Positions 39,067-46,933 of a DNA stretch of 64,000 bases are shown piece after piece (the stretch's first letter is position 1; each line of letters begins with the position of its first letter). A model generated the notes under the pieces. That model had not been told where the DNA came from. It saw only the letters and a list, made by a program, of their open reading frames with translations, and searched no databases. The stretch covers positions 325-64,324 of the forward strand of contig JAFDDA010000001.1 in NCBI GenBank assembly GCA_019311105.1, read 5' to 3'. The translations under genes were made by a program, and so were the position numbers. This stretch comes from Deltaproteobacteria bacterium (GTDB taxonomy: Bacteria > Myxococcota_A > UBA9160 > JAFDDA01).

Positions 39067-40551
39067 ATGGCCATTCCCAAGGTGATGGGCACCGAGTTGG
39101 AGTACGGAATCGCGGTCCAGAACGACCGTGACTTCGACCCGATCTCCAGCTGCGTGTTGCTCGTCAACGCCTACCGGGAAGAGCACGACGCCAAGATCCT
39201 CTGGGACTACGACCAGGAGAATCCTCTGGCCGACGCCCGCGGCTTCCAGGTCGAGGGCGAGAAGTACACGCCCAATCAGCAAGAGAACATCGCGCGCAAC
39301 AAGACGTTGGTGAACGGCGCGCGCTACTACGTCGACCACGCCCACCCCGAATACTCCTGCCCCGAGGTCACCAACCCGCGTGATCTCGTCGTGCACGAGA
39401 AGGCCGGCGAGCGCGTCCTCGACCTCAGCCGCATCGAAGCGAACGCACTGCTGCCCGAGGGCACGCAGATGCTCATCCACAAGAACAACAGCGACGGCAA
39501 GGGCAACAGCTACGGCTCCCACGAGAACTACCTCATGGACCGCCGCACGCCCTTCAAGCAGATCGTCGAGCATCTGATGCCGTACTTCGTGACGCGTCAG
39601 GTCTACAGCGGCGCCGGCAAGGTGGGCAGCGAGAACCGCGCTCAGCCCTGCGACTACCAGCTCAGCCAGCGCGCCGATTTCTTCGAGACCGAGGTCGCCC
39701 TCGATACGATGGTGAAGCGGCCCATCATCAACACGCGCGACGAACCCCACGCCGATCGCGAGAAGTATCGCCGCCTGCACGTGATCGTGGGCGACGCCAA
39801 CATGAGCGAGCCGACGATCTTCCTGCGCAACGGCGCCACGGCGCTCGTGCTGGCGATGATCGAGGACGGCACGATCCCCGGCTCCTTCGCCCTGCGCGAC
39901 CCGGTGCGAGCGATCAAGGAGGTCTCCCACGACCCCGATTGCAAGCAGGAGATCCAGCTCGCGGCGGGCAAGAAGCTCACCGCGGTCCAGCTCCAGCGCG
40001 AGTACTGCAACCTCGCCATGAACTACGTCACGCAGAACGAGCTCGACCCGAGCTACAAGGACGTGGTCGAGATGTGGCAGCGCGTACTCGACTCGCTCGA
40101 GCGCGACCCCATGGAGGTCGTGAGCGAAATCGACTGGGTCGCGAAGAAGGCGATGATCGAGAGCTTCATGGAGCGCAAGGGTCTCGACTGGGGTGCGGCG
40201 CAGGCGCGCCTGCTCGACCTCCAGTTCCACGACGTGCGCAAGGAAAAGGGTCTCTACTACCTGCTCGAGCGCCAGGGCCGCATGAAGCGCCTGGTGACCG
40301 ACGAGGAGATCGAGGCGGCCATCACCGAGCCGCCCGAGGACACGCGGGCCTACTTCCGGGGCCAGTGCCTGAAGCGCTTCCCGAGCGAGGTGTTCGGCGT
40401 GAACTGGGACTCGATCTCCTTCGGGATCGGCGACGAGCCCATCAAGCGCATCTTGATGGTCGAGCCGCTGAAGGGGACCAAGGCCCACGTCGACGATCTG
40501 CTCACGAGTTCGACCTCTGCAGCCGATCTGGTGAAGAACCTGCGGGCTTAG
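39067..40551 (+). CDS. dop: Pup deamidase/depupylase Dop
   Basis: [46 protein letters not shown] and [29 protein letters not shown]. Its position between mpa and pup matches the actinobacterial order. Confidence 0.9.
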   Translation: [494 protein letters not shown]

Positions 40552-40590
40552 GGGCCCGGGATCACGGGCTGCGCGCCCTGGAGAATGACC

Positions 40591-40791
40591 ATGGCACAGG
40601 AAAAAAAGCAGAAGGGCGGCGGCGGCGGCGGCGAGGAATCGTCGGGCAAGGATGCCGGCGGCCAGAAGCTCGCCAAGAAGGGCGAGGAGCTGAAGGAAGA
40701 GATGGACGCCCTGGTGGACGAGATCGACGAAGTCCTCGAAGAGAACGCCGAGGAATTCGTGAAGAACTACGTCCAGCGCGGCGGCCAGTAG
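40591..40791 (+). CDS. pup: prokaryotic ubiquitin-like protein Pup
   Basis: MAQEKKQKGGGGGG...LVDEIDEVLEENAEEFVKNYVQRGGQ is close to the mycobacterial Pup layout and ends in GGQ. ATG 40591 lies 7 nt after GGAG; ATG 40585 is the alternative. Confidence 0.9.
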   Translation: MAQEKKQKGGGGGGEESSGKDAGGQKLAKKGEELKEEMDALVDEIDEVLEENAEEFVKNYVQRGGQ

Positions 40792-40825
40792 GAACTACGC
40801 ACGCGCCCAGCGCGGCGGCCAGTAG
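40764..40825 (+). repeat. tandem duplication of the pup 3' end including the stop codon
   Basis: GAACTACG-T-CCAGCGCGGCGGCCAGTAG (40764-40791) is followed by GAACTACG-CACGCGC-CCAGCGCGGCGGCCAGTAG (40792-40825). Confidence 0.85.
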
Positions 40826-40903
40826 AGACCAGACGCACCCGGGGAGCCGGGTGTCGACAAGACCTTACGCACCCGGCCAGCGGGGCGTCGATTCGGGGGG
40901 ATC

Positions 40904-41692
40904 GTGTTCTTTCGCAACGGGTATTCGGGCTGGCGGTCCGGCTACCAGGGTTCGAGCTTCATCGAGTTGCTGGGTGAAGATGCCCAGCACCTGGCGCCCA
41001 ACTTCGAGGCCCTCGCGCAGGGCTCGATCGAAGAAATCCCGCACGGGACCACCGTGTGCAGTTTCAAGTTCAGCGACGGCGTGGTGATGGCGGGCGACCG
41101 TCTGGCGACGGCCGGCCACTCGGTGGCGTCGCGCGAAGTCCAGAAGGTCTTCGCCACCGACGCCCACTCGATGATCGCCATCGCCGGCGCGGCCGGCCCG
41201 GCCATCGAGATGGCGCGCGTGCTTTCGGTCGAGCTCGAGCACTACGAGAAGATCGAAGGCGAGCGCCTCGAACTCGACGGCAAGGCGAACAAGCTCTCCC
41301 AGATGATCCGGCAGAACCTCCCGGCGGCCATGCAGGGCCTCGCGGTGGTGCCGCTGTTCGCGGGCTACGACCTGCGGCGGCGCGTGGGCCGCATCTGGCA
41401 ATACGACATCACCGGCGGCCGCTACGAAGAGGGAAACGCCGAGACTTCCGGCTCGGGTGGCCTCTACGCCCAGGAGCACATCAAGAAGACCTGGCGCGAG
41501 GGGATGAGCAGTCAGGACGCCCTGGACGTGGCCGTCGGCGCCATCACGGCGGCTGCGGACGAAGACCGGGCTACAGGCGGCATCGATTTCGACCGCGGGA
41601 TCTTCCCGATCGTGAACGTCTGCACCGAGGCGGGCATCACGCGCGCCACGGACGACGAGGTCCGCGCGAGCTACGAACGGCTGAGGAGCTAA
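40904..41692 (+). CDS. prcB: 20S proteasome beta subunit
   Basis: Propeptide followed by the HGTTV catalytic Thr context. GSGG motif. GTG start after GGGGGG. Confidence 0.9.
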   Translation: MFFRNGYSGWRSGYQGSSFIELLGEDAQHLAPNFEALAQGSIEEIPHGTTVCSFKFSDGVVMAGDRLATAGHSVASREVQKVFATDAHSMIAIAGAAGPAIEMARVLSVELEHYEKIEGERLELDGKANKLSQMIRQNLPAAMQGLAVVPLFAGYDLRRRVGRIWQYDITGGRYEEGNAETSGSGGLYAQEHIKKTWREGMSSQDALDVAVGAITAAADEDRATGGIDFDRGIFPIVNVCTEAGITRATDDEVRASYERLRS

Positions 41693-41697
41693 CCGAC

Positions 41698-42396
41698 ATG
41701 TCGATGCCGTTCTACGTCTCCCCCGAACAGCTCATGCAGGACAAGGCCGAGTACGCCCGCAAGGGCATCTCGCGCGGAAAGTCCATCGTCACCCTCGAGT
41801 TCGCGGGCGGGATCCTGCTGATCGCAGAAAACCCGTCGAAGAGCCTCCAGAAGATCGGCGAGATCTACGATCGCATCGCCTTCGCGGGCGTCGGGAAGTT
41901 CAGCGAGTTCGACCAGCTCCGGAAGATCGGGGTTCGCTACGCCGACACGCGCGGCTACGCCTACAGCCGTGACGACGTACGCGGCAAGGCGCTCGCCAAC
42001 GCCTATAGCCAGGTGATCGGCGAGACCTTCACGCGCGAGATGAAGCCGCTCGAGGTGGAGATCATCGTGGCGGAGGTGGGCGACCCCCGCTTCGTCGGCC
42101 ACGAAGAGAACTCGATCTACCGCGTGCGCTTCGACGGCAGCATCAGCGACGAGCACGGCTTCTGCGTGATCGGCGGCAACGCCGAGCCCCTCGAGGCCCA
42201 GCTCCAGTCGAGCTTCCAGGAAGACATGGACCTCGCGGCCGTGGTCCGCGCGGGCCGCGACGCCCTCGGTCGCGCCGAGAACGGCGACCCGGACCTCGGC
42301 GCCGCGAACCTCGAGGTCTGCCTCCTGGAGCGTGAGCACGAGGGTCGAAAGTTCCGCCGCCTCCCCCAAGACGAGGTCGCCGGCCTCCTGGCCTAG
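41698..42396 (+). CDS. prcA: 20S proteasome alpha subunit
   Basis: MSMPFYVSPEQLMQDKAEYARKGI...IYDRIAFAGVGKFSEF matches the bacterial PrcA pattern. GAGGAG lies 9 nt upstream. Confidence 0.9.
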   Translation: MSMPFYVSPEQLMQDKAEYARKGISRGKSIVTLEFAGGILLIAENPSKSLQKIGEIYDRIAFAGVGKFSEFDQLRKIGVRYADTRGYAYSRDDVRGKALANAYSQVIGETFTREMKPLEVEIIVAEVGDPRFVGHEENSIYRVRFDGSISDEHGFCVIGGNAEPLEAQLQSSFQEDMDLAAVVRAGRDALGRAENGDPDLGAANLEVCLLEREHEGRKFRRLPQDEVAGLLA

Positions 42397-42425
42397 GGCC
42401 TTCGCCGCCGGCCTAGGGCCTTCGC
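42390..42425. repeat. 20-bp-period tandem duplication carrying both convergent stop codons
   Basis: GGCCTAGGGCCTTCGC occurs at 42390-42405 and 42410-42425. Copy 1 supplies the prcA TAG (42394-42396). Copy 2 supplies the minus-strand TAG (42415-42413). Confidence 0.85.
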
Positions 42426-43219
42426 GGCCGCGCCACGGCCAGGCCTGCCAACGCTGCGAGGCCGAGCAGGCCTGCGATCGTCGGCTCGGGGACCGCCGTG
42501 GCCAGCAGCTCGCCCCCCGGCCCGCGGATCTCGAGCTCGACGGGGTTCCCGTCGCCGTCGAAGCCCTCGAAGCCGTCCACCACCACGGTGTTGAAGAAGT
42601 CGAGCACCAGCCCGCCGAGCAGCGCCGAGACGCTGAGCGTGCTGCCGAGGATGAGTGGCGCCCCGGATGTGAAGCTCCACTCCACGGTCATGCTTTCGGC
42701 GAAGGCGCCAGCGGAGTTCTCGTCGAAGCTCCAGTTCACCTGGGTGTTGCTCGCGCTCAGCACGGTGGCGTCGCCGGTCGCTTCGATGAGCTGGGCGCCG
42801 GCCCAGTCGGATCTGAGGAAGCCCGCGGTGTTCGTCACACCGCTGCCGACGGAAACCTGACCCGTCAGCAGGATCGTCGCTCGGAACGTCCCGCTCGTGG
42901 CACCGGTGACCACGACGGTTTCGGAGAAGCCCGTCACGGCGGCCGCCTGGTGCAGGCTCGACAGCGGAGTGCCCGTCGTGTCCGCCAGGCCCCGGAGGAC
43001 GCCGAAGCCGACCTGAGCCTTGGCCTCTCCCGCGGCGGTCGTGCACACGATCACGCTGGTGTCGGTGACCACGATCTGGCAGTTGGGGGCATCGTTCGCG
43101 CCCATACCCGCCGTGCCGGCCTTGATCGAGACGATCGCGGACAGGCTGAGTGCTGCGGCCGGGCCGGCACCGAGAAGGCCGACGGAGACTGCCAAGAACG
43201 CTGCGACTCGGGGCACCAT
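42413..43219 (-). CDS. PEP-CTERM sorting-domain secreted protein
   Basis: Signal peptide MVPRVAAFLAVSVGLLGAGPAAA. C-terminal VPEPTIAGLLGLAALAGLAVARPRRP gives VPEP, a TM segment and a basic tail. GAGGAG lies 6 nt before the ATG. Confidence 0.8.
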   Translation of the reverse strand: MVPRVAAFLAVSVGLLGAGPAAALSLSAIVSIKAGTAGMGANDAPNCQIVVTDTSVIVCTTAAGEAKAQVGFGVLRGLADTTGTPLSSLHQAAAVTGFSETVVVTGATSGTFRATILLTGQVSVGSGVTNTAGFLRSDWAGAQLIEATGDATVLSASNTQVNWSFDENSAGAFAESMTVEWSFTSGAPLILGSTLSVSALLGGLVLDFFNTVVVDGFEGFDGDGNPVELEIRGPGGELLATAVPEPTIAGLLGLAALAGLAVARPRRP

Positions 43220-43429
43220 CGGCGGCTCCTCGCACCCCCTCCCGTCCTGAGTGGTCGCAGCGGCGTTTCCATGTCAAATCGGGGCGTTTCGCCTCGCCTC
43301 CGGAAGCCCCTGAGAATGAAGGAGAAAACGGTCATCGACCGGTGGAAGTGCAACACTGGCGAAAGGTTCGCGGCGTTCCTGCCGATAGCGGAAGGGCTAC
43401 AGTGGTCCGGGCGGACCGGGTGGGGGCCT

Positions 43430-44836
43430 GTGCAGAAGCGGATTTTCGGGGTCGAGACCGAGTATGGGATCATCTTCACGCCCGAAGGGCGGAAGACCCT
43501 GCCCGTGGAGAAGGCGATCCGCTTCCTGTTCGAGAAGCTGATCACCACCGAGCACTTCCTGAACGTGTTCCTCGAGAACGGCGCCCGCTTCTACCAGGAC
43601 ACGGGGTGCCACCCCGAATACGCAACGCCCGAGTGCGCCGCGCCGCGCCAGCTGATCGTCTACGACAAGGCCGGCGAACGCATCCTCGAAGACCTGCAGA
43701 ACTACGCCGAGGAGAAGATCCGCGAGGAGCGCATCGCGGGGAAGCTCTCGATCTTCAAGAACAACACCGACTTCGTCGGCAACAGCTACGGCTGCCACGA
43801 GAACTACCTCGTGGACCGCGACGTCGACTTCTACTACCTCGCCGAGCAGCTGATCCCGTTCCTCGTGACGCGCCAGATCTTCACGGGCGCGGGCAAGGTC
43901 TTCCAGACCCAGGACGGCATCCACTACTGCGTTTCGCAGCGGGCCCAGCACATCTACCAGAAGATCTCGGGCACCACGACGAACGATCGCTCGATCATCA
44001 ACACGCGCGACGAGCCCCACGCCGACCGCGAGAAGTACCGCCGCCTGCACGTGATCGTCGGCGACTCGAACATGAGCGAGTGGACGAACTTCGTGAAGAT
44101 CTCGTCCTGCGCCGTCGTGCTGCAGATGATCGAGGACAACTACATCCAGAACGACTTCACCCTGCGCAACCCGGTGAAGGCGATCAAGGACATCTCCTAC
44201 GACACGACGTGCAAGCGCAAGCTGCGCCTCGACAACGGCCGTGAGTACTCGCCCATCGACATCCAGCGCGAGTATTGCGAGCTGGCCCAGAAGTACATCG
44301 AGCACTACCCGGTGAGCGACGAGCTGAAGGAAGGCGTCGTCATGTGGCAGTACGCGCTCGACGCGCTCTCCACCGACCCGGAGAAGCTCGCCGACAAGGT
44401 CGATTGGCTGATCAAGCGGCGCATGATCCAGAGCTATCTCGACAAGCGGGGCGCCACCTGGAACGACCCGCGCGTCTTCATGCTCGACCTGCAGTACCAC
44501 GACATCCGTATGAACCGCGGCCTCTACTACCTGCTCGAACGGCAGGGCGCGGTGGAGCGCGTGCTCACCGACGAAGAGATCATCAAGGCCAAGACCGAGC
44601 CGCCCCACGACACGCGGGCGAAGATGCGTGGCGAGTTCATCAAACTCGCGCGCCAGAACGCCATCCAATACGACCTCGACTGGTCGAACATCCGGCTCGG
44701 CAACCTGCTGAACGTCCGGGTGATCTGCAACAACCCCTTCGAGACCGACACCGAGAAGGTGGCCGAGCTCGTCCGCACGATTCAGAAGACGAATCTGCGC
44801 AAGACGAGCCTTTCGAAGCTGGTGATCCAGTCCTGA
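43430..44836 (+). CDS. pafA: Pup-protein ligase PafA
   Basis: It starts (V)[12 protein letters not shown], colinear with the mycobacterial PafA N-terminus MQRRIMGIETEFG. Also [39 protein letters not shown] and [29 protein letters not shown]. GTG start chosen by homology. Confidence 0.9.
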   Translation: [468 protein letters not shown]

Positions 44837-44945
44837 ACCCAGGCCGCGCCTCGCGGAATCGGGGCTGGCCTGACACTCCAAATTGACGGGCAAGCCGTTC
44901 CGGCCAGGCTACGCTCCTCGCGCATCACCTCATTTGGAGAACGCT

Positions 44946-45326
44946 GTGAGCGAGACCACCGACGCCTCTTCCCACGCACACCTTCAGCCCGTCCGTGAGG
45001 GCGCCGACGCGCCGGTGCCCACCCGGGGCGCCCCCGTCCGTCGGAGCGGCGGGCACATGACCGGCCTGCTCGCGCTGCTGCTCGCGGTGGCCGTCTTCGC
45101 CTTCCTGGCCCAGTTCTCCGCCAACCAAGACCTCCAGGGCGAGAACCAGGCGCTGCGCGATGCCCTGGCGGGCTCCCAGGCCGAGGTGGACGCCGGCCGC
45201 GGGCAGATGACCCAGGCTCGCGATGCCCTGGGTGGCCTGCGCAACGCCCTCATCCAGATCGAGGGCCTGCTGATGCCCCCGCCCGAGGCCGCTGCGCCTG
45301 CTGAGGCCGCTCCCGCTGCGGAATAG
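44946..45326 (+). CDS. hypothetical single-TM coiled-coil protein
   Basis: GTG 44946 lies 6 nt after GGAG. TM segment LLALLLAVAVFAFLAQF, then a heptad-like region. Confidence 0.5.
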   Translation: MSETTDASSHAHLQPVREGADAPVPTRGAPVRRSGGHMTGLLALLLAVAVFAFLAQFSANQDLQGENQALRDALAGSQAEVDAGRGQMTQARDALGGLRNALIQIEGLLMPPPEAAAPAEAAPAAE

Positions 45327-45704
45327 GGCCTCCGGCCGCTGCGAAGCCCGGCAACCGCCGCGCTTGACCGCTCAGAGCCCCGAGTCTCGGGTCGGCCCGC
45401 GGGCCGCGCGAGCTTCACGAACCTGTGGCTCCACATCGATCAGCCCGAGGACTTCAACCTCGGGATCTGCAAACACCCGATCGCCGCGGGCACCGGGGGC
45501 AGGGGGGCTGGCCCGGGCGGCCGTTCGGGCTGCCCGAGCGAGGTGGTTTTGCCTCGGTGTGGTGCCGCGTGGCTCCGGCACGCGGGCCCCGGGTGCAAGG
45601 CTGTACGCCGAATCACACCGCGCCCGCGGCCCCGCCCGGCGAGCCGCTGCCGCCGGGTTTCCGCTCATGCCTTCCTCGTTTTTGCCGATACGCCTTGGGT
45701 AGAA

Positions 45705-45725
45705 ACCTCCCCCCCAAACGGAGGT
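45705..45725 (+). promoter_or_regulatory. hairpin pairing the mreB Shine-Dalgarno with an upstream anti-SD
   Basis: ACCTCC (45705-45710) pairs with GGAGGT (45720-45725) around a 9-nt loop. The mreB ATG is at 45731. Confidence 0.3.
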
Positions 45726-45730
45726 CGGCC

Positions 45731-46768
45731 ATGGTCTTCGGCCCGCTTGCAGCATTCCTTTCCGACGATCTCGCGATCGATCTCGGCACCGCCAACACGC
45801 TCGTCTACTCGCGCGGCAAGGGCATGATCTGCTCCGAGCCCTCCGTGGTGGCCGTGGCCACCGATGCGCGGACTCGCGTCGAGCGCGTCCTCGCCGTCGG
45901 ACACGAAGCCAAGGAGATGGTCGGCCGGACGCCCGGCAACGTGCGCGCCATCCGCCCGATCAAGGACGGCGTGATCGCCGACTTCGAGATCGCCGAGGCA
46001 ATGCTCCGCTACTTCATCCAGCGCGCACACAACCGCAGCAAGCTCGTGCGCCCGCGGATCGTGATCTGCGTGCCGCCCTGCATCACGAGTGTCGAGAAGC
46101 GCGCCGTGCGTGAGTCGGCGCTTTCGGCCGGTGCACGCGAAGTCTTCCTGGTCGAGGAGCCCATGGCGGCGGCCATCGGTGCGGGCCTCGATGTCACGGC
46201 ACCCACGGGCAACATGATCGTGGATATCGGTGGCGGGACGACCGACGTCGCGGTGATCTCGCTCTCGGGCATCGTCACGTCGCGCAGCATCCGCTGCGGC
46301 GGTGACAAGATGGACGACGCGATCATCAACTACGTGAAGCGCAAGTACAACATGCTGATCGGCGAGCGCACTTCGGAGCGCATCAAGATGACCGTCGGCA
46401 CCGCTTCGACGCACACCAAGACCACGACCATGGAGATCAAGGGCCGCGACCTCGTTGCGGGCATCCCGAAGACCGTGGTGACGAGCAGCGACGAGATCCG
46501 CGAGGCCCTGATGGAGCCCATCAACTCGATCGTCGAAACCGTGCACCTGACGCTCGAGCGGACGCCGCCGGAGCTTGCGGCCGACATCGTCGACCGCGGC
46601 ATCATGCTCGTGGGCGGTGGCTCGATGCTCACCGACCTCGATCACCTGCTGCGCGAGGAGACGAAGCTTCCGATCCTGCGCAGCGAAGACCCGTTCACCG
46701 CCGTCGCCCACGGCGCGAGCAACGTGCTCGACAACCTGTCCCTGCTCAAGGAAGTCTCCCTCGACTGA
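45731..46768 (+). CDS. mreB: rod shape-determining protein MreB
   Basis: DLAIDLGTANTLVY, IVDIGGGTTDVAVISL and LVGGGSML motifs. Confidence 0.95.
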   Translation: MVFGPLAAFLSDDLAIDLGTANTLVYSRGKGMICSEPSVVAVATDARTRVERVLAVGHEAKEMVGRTPGNVRAIRPIKDGVIADFEIAEAMLRYFIQRAHNRSKLVRPRIVICVPPCITSVEKRAVRESALSAGAREVFLVEEPMAAAIGAGLDVTAPTGNMIVDIGGGTTDVAVISLSGIVTSRSIRCGGDKMDDAIINYVKRKYNMLIGERTSERIKMTVGTASTHTKTTTMEIKGRDLVAGIPKTVVTSSDEIREALMEPINSIVETVHLTLERTPPELAADIVDRGIMLVGGGSMLTDLDHLLREETKLPILRSEDPFTAVAHGASNVLDNLSLLKEVSLD

Positions 46769-46802
46769 CTTCCGGACCGATTCGTTTTCACTCCTGGACA
46801 GT

Positions 46803-46837
46803 GAAGGGCTCCGAGGCGCATCTCCTCGGGGCCCTTC
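46803..46837. terminator. 14-bp stem hairpin between convergent mreB and the SCP2 gene
   Basis: GAAGGGCTCCGAGG-CGCATCT-CCTCGGGGCCCTTC with one G-U pair. No U-tract. Confidence 0.45.
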
Positions 46838-46933
46838 GTCCTTCGGGGCCGGCACCGCGAGCCGTACGTGCGGCCCTCGGCTTCCTCCCGCGGCGAACCG
46901 AGCCCTCTCCGAGCCCGGGGCTCCGACGAACGG

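Noticed and set aside
39724-39810. An 87-nt block in dop is about 93 percent identical at nucleotide level to pafA 43994-44080. This could indicate gene conversion between the paralogues.
   Set aside because: The block encodes the invariant active-site motif [28 protein letters not shown]. With this genome's extreme codon bias, identical peptides give near-identical DNA, so no conversion is needed to explain it.
43316-43429. ATG 43316 as the pafA start, giving a 38-aa extension MKEKTVIDRWKCNTG.... An AAGGAG lies just inside it.
   Set aside because: The extension uses rare codons (ATA, CTA, AGG, ACT, AAA). Homology places the PafA N-terminus exactly at (V)[12 protein letters not shown]. The AAGGAG is not followed by a start codon at a usable distance.
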